64,000 nt of DNA. Source: Candidatus Micrarchaeota archaeon. GTDB lineage: Archaea; Micrarchaeota; Micrarchaeia; Anstonellales; J096. The notes below the pieces were generated by a model that saw only the letters and a program-made list of their open reading frames with translations, was not told the origin of the DNA and made no database searches. A program made the position numbers and the translations under genes. Location: contig WAMF01000001.1 of the NCBI GenBank assembly GCA_015522475.1, positions 36,054 to 100,053 of the forward strand. The letters run 5' to 3'. Each line of letters starts with the position of its first letter. Position 1 is the stretch's first letter. Below are positions 38,928 through 48,803 of this stretch, in pieces.

Positions 38928-39251
38928 ATGGTTAAAAGACCACGTGGATATTTAAGCAAAGCAACTCGCAGCTTAAAGACAAAACGCAAGCTTACGCCAA
39001 AGGACTTCGCAAGGCAGTATGAAGTCGGCGAGAAGGTGCTCATAAAAATTCAACCTTACTACAAAGGAGCGATGCCCCATCCACGTTACAGGGGCCGTGT
39101 AGGCAGAATCGTTGAAAAAAGAGGGTCAGCTTACGTGGTTGAAATCAAAGATGGGGGAAAAGCAAAGAAAATCATAAGCCATCCTGTCCACCTAAGGCGT
39201 GTAGAGTCTGCTAGTTCTGAAAAAGCGCAAGCTAAGAAAGGCAAGAAGTGA
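38928..39251 (+). CDS. rpl21e: 50S ribosomal protein L21e
   Basis: MVKRPRGYLSKATR...HPRYRGRVGRIV conserved L21e N-terminus. Confidence 0.85.
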   Translation: MVKRPRGYLSKATRSLKTKRKLTPKDFARQYEVGEKVLIKIQPYYKGAMPHPRYRGRVGRIVEKRGSAYVVEIKDGGKAKKIISHPVHLRRVESASSEKAQAKKGKK

Positions 39252-39267
39252 ATAAAAAGGCGGAAGC

Positions 39268-39729
39268 ATGGTTGAGGGAAAGTTGGAGGAGAAACCCATA
39301 CCTGAGATAGAGCTTAAACGCTACTTGAAAAAAGAGATTGCTCAATACGAAAAGGAGGAAATAGCTAGAGCTAAAAAGAAAGCAGCGGAGAAGGCTGCTA
39401 AAGAAGAGAATAAAAAAGGTGAAGGAGAGGAAGTAAGTGCAGAAAAGCCGGCCGCTAGTAAAAGAGCAGAGAAGATGGACTTCAACAAGCAGCTAGCTGT
39501 TGAACATCTTAAAGTCATAGAAGAGCTAGGAGACAGCTCCGCTATATATGAAGAGCTTAAAAAGATGGGACTTGCAGAAGAGCTTTGTGTTAAAATAGCA
39601 GACACCCTGCCAACAGATAAAGAAGTCATCAAGATGATATTCTACGAATTCACGCTTTCGCCCGAAGAGGAACAGCTAAGCCAGATTATGGAAATCGTAG
39701 ACAAGCACAGAAAGAAAAAGAGGAAGTAA
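39268..39729 (+). CDS. hypothetical acidic/basic helical protein, possibly RNA polymerase subunit Rpo4/F
   Basis: Position immediately after rpl21e and before a DUF655 gene matches the conserved archaeal L21e-rpoF-DUF655 arrangement; sequence itself is low-complexity. Confidence 0.3.
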   Translation: MVEGKLEEKPIPEIELKRYLKKEIAQYEKEEIARAKKKAAEKAAKEENKKGEGEEVSAEKPAASKRAEKMDFNKQLAVEHLKVIEELGDSSAIYEELKKMGLAEELCVKIADTLPTDKEVIKMIFYEFTLSPEEEQLSQIMEIVDKHRKKKRK

Positions 39730-39997
39730 TGGCTTGCTCATTGCTCATTTTAATTTAAGCGAAAGCTAAAATCTGTCTAAATCCTTCAGAAAAGGCCTGT
39801 CAGATAGGGGCACGAATTTTAGTCCTCAGCTGGAGATTTGCAGACATCCGAGGAACAGCAGCACATCGCATACTACAACCTACAATTATTTTGCAGAGGG
39901 CAAGAATAAAAGCCAAGTCTTATAAAGGCCTCATCCCAATGTATTAAAGCATGAAGGCAATAGAAGTAAGGCAAAAACCAAAACAAGAGGTGGAAAG

Positions 39998-40540
39998 ATG
40001 GAAGATTACATCTACATATTGGATTTCATCCCCTATAGCTCAAAGTACAGGGGGCAAGCATATGCACAAGGCATAGGCGGCAAGTTCTTCACGCTTTTAG
40101 AGGTTTCCATAAAGACAGACAAAAGCGCACCGGTGGGTGCAAAAATCTACGTAGGCAAGGATTTCGAAAAGAGGGATGTCATAGATAAGATAAAGAGAAG
40201 GATAAGCTACGACGAACTTACAACAGCAGCCAAAGAAAACCTGCCTGACATCATAAAAAAGATTGTCATGGACAACGAAGAGCGTTTTGTCCGCTTCATC
40301 AATACGGCTTCGCCCTTCTCTGTGAGAGTTCACCAGCTCGAGTTGCTGCCAGGGGTTGGCAAAAAGAACATAGAGCAGATTCTTGAAGAAAGGGACGAAA
40401 AACCATTCGAAAGCTTCGACGACATTAAGAAGCGCGTATCCTCATGGCAAGACCCTATAGGCAGCTTTGTATATAGAATCCTCGAAGAGATACAAGGGAA
40501 AGAAAGGCATTACTTCTTCGTCCTGCCTCAAAGAACCTGA
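39998..40540 (+). CDS. DUF655-family protein (predicted nucleic-acid-binding, HhH)
   Basis: N-terminal MEDYIYILDFIPY and LLPGVGKK helix-hairpin-helix motif typical of archaeal DUF655 proteins. Confidence 0.55.
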   Translation: MEDYIYILDFIPYSSKYRGQAYAQGIGGKFFTLLEVSIKTDKSAPVGAKIYVGKDFEKRDVIDKIKRRISYDELTTAAKENLPDIIKKIVMDNEERFVRFINTASPFSVRVHQLELLPGVGKKNIEQILEERDEKPFESFDDIKKRVSSWQDPIGSFVYRILEEIQGKERHYFFVLPQRT

Positions 40541-40605
40541 GCAAGAAGGGACCATAGAGAAAAAGACAAGAGGCAAGGGTATAAAGGGAGTTATTTAGTT
40601 TCTAT

Positions 40606-41931
40606 GTGCTCCCAATCCTTCGCATATGGCTACACGGCCAAGGCAGAATTATAAACCCTTGCCTTCACTTATGCATGGTTGGGGGTGTAGGCTTGGTAAA
40701 GGATGGTAAGAAAGAATTAGATAAATTAGTCTCTCTCACATTTGACAGCGACCCAGAAGTAAGAAAAAAGGCTGCTATGGAGCTAGCACAAAGTGACGAG
40801 CCTGGGGCACTCCTTGCCATCATAGAGCTCTCCTATGATAAAAATGAAGATGTGGCAGAAACAGCAAAAAAGATTTTAGCAGAGAGAAAGAAAAAGACAC
40901 CCCTTATGAAGCCGTTTCATGAATTGTTTAAGGGGGGTGTGGATTTTTCAGGCAGCAAGAAAAAAGAAATCCCACCATCTAGAGCTAAAATACTTGAGCC
41001 CATAGAGCGCATTTTCCGAGAGAAGCTCAAAGACGAAAAGAAGGTTGAAGCTGCCATGAAAGAGTTTATGCGTAGGGTCAAAGTTATGGAAAAAGGAAGA
41101 GAAGAGAAGCCTATTACACAAGAAGCTATTAAGACAGCTTATCTCGAGACAATGGATGCCATAAATGTTGAAAAACCAGGCGAGGAAGCTGCAGAAGAGA
41201 AAGGTAAAAAGAAGGTGAGCAAAGAATCAAAGGAAAAGGCCGAAGAAGAGAAGGTAAGTGCAGCAACCCTGACTCCAGCTGCGCCGGGAGTAACAATTGA
41301 AGAAGTGGAAAAAAGTGAAGAGAAAGAAGGTGTGGAGCTCGCCCTCATAGGTAGCTCAGAAATAAACGAAGAGAAAGTTGCAAGAGAGAGCGGACTTATT
41401 GAGAAAGATGAGCTCTTCACATTAGAAGAGAAGAAGCTGTTGGAGCCAGCAGAGTCTGAAGGAAAGGAAGGCAAGCTTCCAAACATATTGCGTTATGTAT
41501 ACAACCACTTGCTCTCCTTTAAAGGCGATGAGAAATTGGCAAAACAGGAAGCAAAGCTTCTCCAGGACTTCTTCAAAAAGCAAGTAGACTTAGCATATAA
41601 GTTGGCTAAGAAGAAATTCAAAGAAATCAAAATCACAGATATAAGCGACGTGAAAAGTGGGATGCGCAACATAACGACGGATATGTTGGAAGTTGTAGAA
41701 GTGAAACATCTAAAGTATAGAAAAAAGAGGAAGGAAGAACTCTTTACACGCGTCATTGTAAGAGACAAGCAGGGTAAAGAAGGTGTTATCTATCTGTTTG
41801 AAGATAGAGGTAGGTTTTTACAGGAAGGTATGAAGATAAGGCTTGAAAAAGCCAAGGCAAAAACCTTTGATTTCTCGAATGAGACTGCTTTAACAGTAGA
41901 CAAAAGAGGGCACGTCATAGTGGAAATGTAA
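40606..41931 (+). CDS. Lys/Glu-rich hypothetical protein with N-terminal HEAT/PBS-like repeat
   Basis: DPEVRKKAAMELAQSDEPGALLAIIELSYDKNEDV resembles a HEAT/PBS-lyase repeat; the rest is charged low-complexity. True start is probably an internal Met near 40675. Confidence 0.4.
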   Translation: MLPILRIWLHGQGRIINPCLHLCMVGGVGLVKDGKKELDKLVSLTFDSDPEVRKKAAMELAQSDEPGALLAIIELSYDKNEDVAETAKKILAERKKKTPLMKPFHELFKGGVDFSGSKKKEIPPSRAKILEPIERIFREKLKDEKKVEAAMKEFMRRVKVMEKGREEKPITQEAIKTAYLETMDAINVEKPGEEAAEEKGKKKVSKESKEKAEEEKVSAATLTPAAPGVTIEEVEKSEEKEGVELALIGSSEINEEKVARESGLIEKDELFTLEEKKLLEPAESEGKEGKLPNILRYVYNHLLSFKGDEKLAKQEAKLLQDFFKKQVDLAYKLAKKKFKEIKITDISDVKSGMRNITTDMLEVVEVKHLKYRKKRKEELFTRVIVRDKQGKEGVIYLFEDRGRFLQEGMKIRLEKAKAKTFDFSNETALTVDKRGHVIVEM

Positions 41932-42048
41932 GGGAGAAGACCAAGCGCTATCCCAAATTAGTGCCCTTCTGACCTTCTGGTTAACCACCAACTCTTTAAC
42001 TCCTTGTAACTTTCTTAATTTCTTTTTTCTATCCTCCATACCATTTAA

Positions 42049-42915
42049 TCACTTAAACACCTCTTCTGCTTTGTTTTTTAAGGTAGTCCAATCCAACGTG
42101 GCAGGAGGGATAAAGCCTGACAAGTTTATGCTAAGTAATATGGGCGAAGGCACTTCTTCAAAGGATGCCTTGCCTCTATACTCAGATAGACAACCAAATG
42201 TCCAACCATTGTTCTTTAGATTAACCTGTATGAGAGCAAAGCTATTGCTTAGACTTGGGTCGCCTTGTCCATCTAGAAAATTCTCGTTAAGCACCGTTAT
42301 CTCCATTTTGTCTAAGCACATACGCGAGAAGGGGTAGGAATTCGGCGTGACTAAGTTATTAGTTTTGGCACTCTCCTTAACCATCGTCTTGAGAAGAAGA
42401 GGGTCGTCAGGAGCACACATACACGTTGTTGGTCTGCCCGGGCTTCCATGAGCAAAGTTGTCGGTAGCTACAGTCAAATATATGCCTTCTTTTATAATGC
42501 TTTTCAAATTGGGCCATCCTTGTGTCTGATCCTCTGTTATGGTTTTAGCGACATCGACGACATCTCCCGCTAATGCATCAGCTATCAAACCAGTAACATA
42601 AGCAGCAACACCAAGCGTCGCGCCCTCTCTTATAGAATTCTCCATTTCGATAGCTCGTTCTGCGCTATCGTATACAACATAGTTTGTTTCTATGGCCGAC
42701 TCTTTTGGTTGAGGTGTGTAGAACTGCTTTGCTAGAAACATCTCCAAAAGGATGATGCCAAAAAAGAGAGGGAGATAGGCAATGGCCTTTCTAGAATTAT
42801 TAGCGCCGCTTCTAACCCTTTTGACTTTACTTCTGCCCTTTTCTACTTCACCGCCACTTTTTCCTACTTCAATATTCCCATCAATAGCTTGCCTAAATCT
42901 AACTAAAAGCCTCAC
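42049..42915 (-). CDS. signal-anchored extracytoplasmic protein of unknown function
   Basis: Single N-terminal TM (AIAYLPLFFGIILLEMFL) followed by a ~230-aa soluble domain. Confidence 0.4.
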   Translation of the reverse strand: MRLLVRFRQAIDGNIEVGKSGGEVEKGRSKVKRVRSGANNSRKAIAYLPLFFGIILLEMFLAKQFYTPQPKESAIETNYVVYDSAERAIEMENSIREGATLGVAAYVTGLIADALAGDVVDVAKTITEDQTQGWPNLKSIIKEGIYLTVATDNFAHGSPGRPTTCMCAPDDPLLLKTMVKESAKTNNLVTPNSYPFSRMCLDKMEITVLNENFLDGQGDPSLSNSFALIQVNLKNNGWTFGCLSEYRGKASFEEVPSPILLSINLSGFIPPATLDWTTLKNKAEEVFK

Positions 42916-42925
42916 TACACCACCT

Positions 42926-43303
42926 TTACACGACCTTTAATTGAGGGATAGCGCCATATATATCTCTCTGCTCAGTGAGAAGAAGTGCATCGTTTGCTAA
43001 GCACGTAGCCGCTAGCCTTATTTCATGGATACTTGCTCTAACACCCCTCTCTTCAAACACATCGTAAACATCCCTGCTTATCTTAGCCGCTACATCGTCA
43101 AAGGGGAGAACTGTCAAGTGTTCAACAAGCTCTTCCACGAGGAGTGGATCCTTCAATGCTATGTAAAGGTCTGAGAGAATTAAAGCAGAAATGCACAGCT
43201 CCACATCTCGTCTATTCAAGTATATGTCTATCTTTTCAACAGCTTTGCTTTGCCCCCTTAAATAATTTAAAATTATGGGCAAATCAAGGCATACTTTTAC
43301 CAT
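42926..43303 (-). CDS. vapC: PIN-domain protein (VapC-like toxin)
   Basis: 125 aa; acidic residues spaced as in PIN domains (D7, E..., D at C-terminal quarter); sits directly downstream of a small RHH-like gene. Confidence 0.55.
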   Translation of the reverse strand: MVKVCLDLPIILNYLRGQSKAVEKIDIYLNRRDVELCISALILSDLYIALKDPLLVEELVEHLTVLPFDDVAAKISRDVYDVFEERGVRASIHEIRLAATCLANDALLLTEQRDIYGAIPQLKVV

Positions 43304-43449
43304 ACTATCAACCTACTGTCATACTATCGTCGCGAACCCGCTTGTTTAGGCAACCACACGTACTCTCAAATCTTACTTCCGAATTTTCTTCCAAATTCTT
43401 CTTTCGCCGACCATCTATCATCAATCGGCTAACCCCCTTAACTCACAAC

Positions 43450-43662
43450 TTAACTCTTCTTATATATGCGCCTCAAACGCGTCATGAGCACCGCTTTTTC
43501 TCTAAGAGAGCCCGCAAAGCTCCTCATACCTGTGCTTTCCTTCCTGCTTTCATAAAAGTTTAACAAGAAAGTTATAGCGTCAGAAAAGCTCATGTTATGC
43601 CGTCTTTTCAGCTTGCTGAGACGCTTGTAGACACTTTCCTTTATAGTTATCACTTTGGGCAT
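43450..43662 (-). CDS. small antitoxin-like protein (VapB/CopG-like)
   Basis: 70 aa, beta-strand then helices (KVITIKESVYKRLSKLK), typical ribbon-helix-helix layout; upstream of PIN gene. Confidence 0.4.
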   Translation of the reverse strand: MPKVITIKESVYKRLSKLKRRHNMSFSDAITFLLNFYESRKESTGMRSFAGSLREKAVLMTRLRRIYKKS

Positions 43663-44915
43663 TAGAATCGCCTCCCACTTCTTCTCTGTCCACTTGATAG
43701 TGCAGCCTCTGCCTTAATTAAGCTTTCTATAAACTCAAGCTCATCATCCCCTAGTCTATAAAACGCCTTTGCTTTTTCCTTGTCTGAAAGAACGACTCTA
43801 CCATATATAGGAAAATCATCCCAAACTTCTCCGGGCGAGAGATGAAGACGTCTGCCTATCTTCGCGCACACCTCTTTTATTTTTCTTCTGAGCATCACAG
43901 TCTTAAACATCTCTTTTATGTATTGAGGATACGTGTATTTTGTATACTTGTGATAGGGCTCTTTTTTGGCTACACTCACAGCAGCTACAAGCAGAGCGAC
44001 GTATCTAAGAAAGCCCCAATACTGCCTAGAGTGTATACGGCCTTCAAACACATCTGCTCTAGATAAGTAATCAAATGCCTTAGCCACTTCACCCCCTTTT
44101 TCATACTCCTTCGCAATATTCTCGTCAAGCCACATTTTTATTGTGTCGAGATCTGTGTCGCTGCTTCTTATTTTAGCAACGCTGCTCTTTAATGAGGTGG
44201 TCTTAAAGATTGTTCTTAACGTAGCGAAGATGTCGTTTTGCCTTTCTCTGTAGCCGACGCTTTCTACTTGAAGGTCGTTTATGGCTGCGCGCGCATCGCC
44301 ATCGCTGGCCTCTGCTATTTGCTTTAGAGCTTCGTCGCTGATCTTTATATGCTCGCTTGCAGCTATCCGCTTTATGATGGCTAACACTTGCCTAGACGAA
44401 AGCTTCCTCATCTGAACGAGCTCAACCTTTTCTCTCAAGTCCCTCAACTTTGGATCCCAAGGATCTTCTGCAGTTAGCAAGATGGGAATCTGGCTTTCCT
44501 TTATGAGTTGAATCACAGCTGGAATGGCACCCCTATCTTGTTGACCGGATAAAGCCTGTATATCGTCGAATATAATGATGGGCAGCTGCCCCCACAAGTT
44601 CCGACGCATGTGGACCTTTGGCATAAGATTCTTTATGTGAGAAGCGTCGCATGCTTGACTGGGCGAGACTACAATAGCGTCTAGTTTGTATTCGTTGGCT
44701 AATGCATAGGCTAAGCTGCTTTTTCCTATGCCAATCTTGCCATAGAGAAGTATGGGCTTCTGTTTCTTGCCCTTTAGCCATGCCTCTATCCAACGTCGTA
44801 GCCTTTGCTTAACACTGTCGTGACCTTGCACATCTTCAAGCCGTTTAGGCCTATATTTTTCAGCTAGAAGCACAACAAGTATTGAAAGACAAGCTTTTAA
44901 TGCCTTTCTCAACAT
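43662..44915 (-). CDS. rfcL: replication factor C large subunit
   Basis: LAEKYRPKRLEDVQGHD N-terminal RFC box II, P-loop GKIGIGKSS, IIFDDIQ (DEAD-like). Start placed at Met 44915. Confidence 0.6.
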   Translation of the reverse strand: MLRKALKACLSILVVLLAEKYRPKRLEDVQGHDSVKQRLRRWIEAWLKGKKQKPILLYGKIGIGKSSLAYALANEYKLDAIVVSPSQACDASHIKNLMPKVHMRRNLWGQLPIIIFDDIQALSGQQDRGAIPAVIQLIKESQIPILLTAEDPWDPKLRDLREKVELVQMRKLSSRQVLAIIKRIAASEHIKISDEALKQIAEASDGDARAAINDLQVESVGYRERQNDIFATLRTIFKTTSLKSSVAKIRSSDTDLDTIKMWLDENIAKEYEKGGEVAKAFDYLSRADVFEGRIHSRQYWGFLRYVALLVAAVSVAKKEPYHKYTKYTYPQYIKEMFKTVMLRRKIKEVCAKIGRRLHLSPGEVWDDFPIYGRVVLSDKEKAKAFYRLGDDELEFIESLIKAEAALSSGQRRSGRRF

Positions 44916-45010
44916 ATATAGCTGTCCGTGCTTAGATAGGCAAAAGCATGGTGCACGGATCTGTGCACTAATCGAATGAATGCATAGCAGCACGCTTTGT
45001 AGGTGTTTGT

Positions 45011-46432
45011 ATGGAAAGCTTAGAAGAGCCATCAAAAGATGCGACAATGGAAGGCGTGAAGATAGGTTTAGAGATCCACGTCCAGCTCAACACAAAAGCA
45101 AAGTTATTCTGCAACTGCCCAAATCCAGCAGCAGACGCTGAGCCCAACACAGTTATATGTGAGGTATGCACTGCTCAGCCCGGCACAAAACCCCTCCCTC
45201 CTAACGAAGAAGCATTCAGATTGGCCCTGCTAGCAGCTCACATGCTCTCTTGCAAACTTCAGCCTTCAACGTTCTTCATGCGCAAGCATTACTTCTATCC
45301 AGACTTGCCATCTGGTTATCAAAGGACAAGCAAACCAATAGGAAAGGACGGCAAGCTAGCAGATGTCGGCATATGGGAGATTCATGTAGAGGAAGACCCT
45401 GGAAGGTATGAACTCAAAAAAGGATTGCTCGATTATAACAGGAGTGGCGTTCCTCTTATAGAGGTTGTTACTGCTCCAGAATTCAAGAGCCTCGAACAGG
45501 TGAAGCACTTCCTCCTTCTATTCGAAAAAGGCCTCACATACTACGGCATAAAAAAGGAAGACGGTGTCATAAAGGCAGATGTGAACGTGAGCGTAGCTGG
45601 TGGACAACGTGTCGAGGTCAAAAACGTAAACTCATACGAGAATATATTGGCGGCTATAGCTTACGAAATAAAAAGGCAAAAAAGGCTCATAGAAGAGGGT
45701 AAAACTGTAGAGATGGAAACACGGCACTTCGACGAAGCAAAAGGTACAACAAAGCGCTTGAGGACAAAGGAGAGCGAAGCAGACTATAGATACATGCCAG
45801 ACCCTGACTTACTCGAAGTACCATTAGAAGAGTTAGCAAAGGCCACGCTCAAGGATGAATTGATAGAGAGACCATGGGAAAGGGCAGAGCGCTTCATAGA
45901 AGAGTATGGCATTCCAAAGGAAGCTGCAGAAGAGCTCACATGGGAAAAGGCCTCCGCAGACCTCTTCGAATACATGATAAGCGACAGAGATGGAAGCAAA
46001 AAAATTGAGCCGAGAAAAGCCGCCAACTGGATGCGCACAACGCTGAAGAAGCAACTCAATTACAGAAGCATAAGCTTCTCTCACATACCTATCTCGTTCA
46101 AAGACGTAAAAGAAATTGCTACAATGTTCTTCTCAAACGAGATCAGTGATGATGGCGCTGAGACGCTCCTCATAAAAATGCTGGACGAGCGCTTAAAAGA
46201 TGCTAGAGCTCTAGCCAAGAAGCTCAACCTCTTCCTTATGAAAGAAGATGAATTAAGCAACACCGTTGATAAAGTTATAGATGAGCAAAGAAAAGCCGTA
46301 GGGGATTACAGACAAGGAGAGAAAAGAGCTCTGGCTTTCCTCATCGGCCAAATAATGCAAATGACAAAAGGGAGAGCAGACCCCAAGAGAGCAAAAGAGC
46401 TCCTGGAAAAACGCATAAGTGGTGAAGATTGA
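45011..46432 (+). CDS. gatB: aspartyl/glutamyl-tRNA(Asn/Gln) amidotransferase subunit B
   Basis: GLEIHVQLNTKAKLFCNCPN...FFMRKHYFYPDLPSGYQ hallmark of GatB/GatE; 473 aa fits GatB. Start may be the Met at 45047. Confidence 0.75.
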   Translation: MESLEEPSKDATMEGVKIGLEIHVQLNTKAKLFCNCPNPAADAEPNTVICEVCTAQPGTKPLPPNEEAFRLALLAAHMLSCKLQPSTFFMRKHYFYPDLPSGYQRTSKPIGKDGKLADVGIWEIHVEEDPGRYELKKGLLDYNRSGVPLIEVVTAPEFKSLEQVKHFLLLFEKGLTYYGIKKEDGVIKADVNVSVAGGQRVEVKNVNSYENILAAIAYEIKRQKRLIEEGKTVEMETRHFDEAKGTTKRLRTKESEADYRYMPDPDLLEVPLEELAKATLKDELIERPWERAERFIEEYGIPKEAAEELTWEKASADLFEYMISDRDGSKKIEPRKAANWMRTTLKKQLNYRSISFSHIPISFKDVKEIATMFFSNEISDDGAETLLIKMLDERLKDARALAKKLNLFLMKEDELSNTVDKVIDEQRKAVGDYRQGEKRALAFLIGQIMQMTKGRADPKRAKELLEKRISGED

Positions 46433-46623
46433 TAGCATAAATGGATAGCGTAACTGAAATATAATAAAACACACAAGAGAGACGAGTAAAAACGCACAGA
46501 AGAGAAAAGAAAAATAAAAAGCGAGATCTGTAAACAATAGTTTTATGTACTAATTATTTTTTATTTTTGATGGGGCGCCGGTCTGCTTGTTCTATTGTCG
46601 GCGATTAGATAAACCTGTAGCTT

Positions 46624-47622
46624 TCAGCTTTTATTTGCTTTTTCCTCTTTATACTTTTTCTCCTCGACGTATTGGGCAGCAAAATGGCCTGCAGTAGCGC
46701 CCTCGCCAACGGCTGTAGCAACTTGTTTAAGAGGGCTGGATCTGCAATCGCCACAAGCGAAAACACCTTCAATGTTTGTCTTCATAAATGCATCCGTCCT
46801 TATGTGTTTCCTCTCGTCAAGCTCCACTTTACCTTCGACAAGGGCAGTGTTAGGTATCATACCAATAAATATGAAAACTGCACTTATGGGTTTAGTATAC
46901 GTTTTATCTTCTGCCTTGTTGTAGAGCACAACTTCATTGACTTCGTCTTTACCCTTTATCTCCTTCACGACAGTGTTCCACAAAATTTCGATTTTTGGGT
47001 TGGCAAAAACACGTTCCTGCAATACTTTATCTGCCCTGAATGCATCCCTTCTATGCACAATGTAAACCTTGCTTGCAAACTTGCTTATGTATAGAGATTC
47101 ATCTAAGGCGGAGTTTCCTCCACCTACAACAATTACTTCCTTATCTTTGTAAAAAGGCGCATCGCATACGCCGCAGTAACTCACGCCTTTGCCAACAAAC
47201 TCGCGTTCTCCTGGCACGTCTAGCTCCCTATAGTGCGCGCCGAACGCCAGCACGACAGCTCTAGCCTTGTATTCAGAAGTTGTCGTTTTAACCGTCTTTA
47301 CATCACCTTCTAAATTTAGCTCTCGTACTTCTTCGTTATAGGCAATTTCTGCGCCGAACGAAGCAGCGTGCTTTGCAAACGCCTCTGCTAATTTAGACGC
47401 GGATATGCGCTCAAAACCCGGATAATCTTCTATGTCAGACGTTAAAGCAATCTGTCCTCCGGGAAGTGCCTCCTTCTCGAGAACGAGGGTCTTAAGTTTA
47501 GCTCTCGCAGCATAAAGCGCAGCCGAAAGGCCAGCAGGGCCTGCCCCTATAACGATAACATCCCACTCTTCATCTTTCTTAGAGCTAGCAGGTTTTGCCA
47601 AGGAAAAAGATAAAGTTCCCAT
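46624..47622 (-). CDS. trxB: thioredoxin-disulfide reductase
   Basis: VIVIGAGPAGLSAALYAAR FAD site, redox CGVCD, VVGGGNSALDE NADPH site, ACGDC near C-terminus. Confidence 0.8.
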   Translation of the reverse strand: MGTLSFSLAKPASSKKDEEWDVIVIGAGPAGLSAALYAARAKLKTLVLEKEALPGGQIALTSDIEDYPGFERISASKLAEAFAKHAASFGAEIAYNEEVRELNLEGDVKTVKTTTSEYKARAVVLAFGAHYRELDVPGEREFVGKGVSYCGVCDAPFYKDKEVIVVGGGNSALDESLYISKFASKVYIVHRRDAFRADKVLQERVFANPKIEILWNTVVKEIKGKDEVNEVVLYNKAEDKTYTKPISAVFIFIGMIPNTALVEGKVELDERKHIRTDAFMKTNIEGVFACGDCRSSPLKQVATAVGEGATAGHFAAQYVEEKKYKEEKANKS

Positions 47623-47757
47623 AAGCTAACTACGAAGAGAAGTATTTAAATTCTTTCCCAAACGATTTGCGGCATTTGCAACGCTCCTTCAACGTTCGCT
47701 TATCGCTTATGGTTCATGCATCCGTTCAAGCTGCGCTCTCTATTTATTATGTCCCTG

Positions 47758-48123
47758 TCACTTACCAACACCTACTTCTAAAGTATGGATGGCGTAGTGC
47801 CTTTCTATATATGCACCCTTCTTTATAGGGCACGTCTGAATAGTGTAGAGTTGCGTCTTAAACTCTATGCATAGATGAAGTTGCTGAGATAACTTAACCA
47901 GCTCATCTCTCATGCCTGCAGGAGGAGTAGCATCATATATGGAAAGGCCATAATGCCTATACATCTCCAAATAAATGTCGTTAGCAAGCACCCACTGCTG
48001 TTCATAAGAAATAGTTGAAGGTAAGGGGGGTTGAAGCATAGCCAACAAAGAAGCAGATGCCAGAAGTATAAAGGCTATCTCAAGTGTTCTCACCGCAGAC
48101 CCTCCTAACACCGTCGTAGACAC
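47758..48123 (-). CDS. small protein with N-terminal hydrophobic helix (pilin-like)
   Basis: RTLEIAFILLASASLL after a short charged N-terminus; in tandem with two similar genes. Confidence 0.35.
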   Translation of the reverse strand: MSTTVLGGSAVRTLEIAFILLASASLLAMLQPPLPSTISYEQQWVLANDIYLEMYRHYGLSIYDATPPAGMRDELVKLSQQLHLCIEFKTQLYTIQTCPIKKGAYIERHYAIHTLEVGVGK

Positions 48124-48388
48124 GCAATATGCAGACGTTCCCGCTATCCACTATAGCATCGTTGAGCAAAGCGTGCGTCGACGTTATAAGTAAAGAGCGA
48201 GCTGTGTTGTACATTTGCGCATCGTACACATAAGCCCTATAGATGAGCAATTCCTGCATAATAACAGAAAGGAGGAGAATGGCAAACATGAAGCTGAACA
48301 TAGCATCAATCAAGAAGAGTGCTTTTCTGGCAGACATGCGATCCCCTCTGAAATATGGGCTGCGAACAGTTAAAAGGTAAGCACACAA
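48080..48388 (-). CDS. small protein with N-terminal hydrophobic helix (pilin-like)
   Basis: MSARKALFLIDAMFSFMFAILLLSV; likely starts at the internal Met. Confidence 0.35.
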   Translation of the reverse strand: MCAYLLTVRSPYFRGDRMSARKALFLIDAMFSFMFAILLLSVIMQELLIYRAYVYDAQMYNTARSLLITSTHALLNDAIVDSGNVCILRVYDGVRRVCGENT

Positions 48389-48641
48389 ACTGCCGCTTAA
48401 ATGAAGCAGCTATGTAGGGTTGGCAGCTATTTCCTTGGAGAAAAACAACGCTTGGCTCATAAGAGGTAGCTGGCAAGTTTTGGGGTAAAGCACTAAGACT
48501 ATACATAAAGAAGCCGCTCAAAATAAAGAGAAGCAAGAATGAGAGAACAAATTCAATGGATGCCTGCCCTCTCGACGACAACTCAGCTAAGCCCAACACG
48601 GAGATTTTATGCCTCATTAACTTACCTCCCATACATATCAA
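48306..48641 (-). CDS. archaeal type IV pilin-like protein (class III signal peptide)
   Basis: RGQASIEFVLSFLLLFIL matches the [KR]G[QA]xS[IL]E prepilin-peptidase site followed by a hydrophobic helix. Confidence 0.5.
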   Translation of the reverse strand: MICMGGKLMRHKISVLGLAELSSRGQASIEFVLSFLLLFILSGFFMYSLSALPQNLPATSYEPSVVFLQGNSCQPYIAASFKRQFVCLPFNCSQPIFQRGSHVCQKSTLLD

Positions 48642-48803
48642 GCCCTCTTAACTTCTCCATTTGTGCCTCGCTGTATCCCTTGCTACCCATTTCACAAACA
48701 TTTCTTTGCCTGCTCCAAACCCATTTCCCTTCTCTAAACCGTTGCATTTATTAGTGACAATAGGTTACCATAACGACTTCCGTCTCTGCTCTTCGTTTCC
48801 CAC

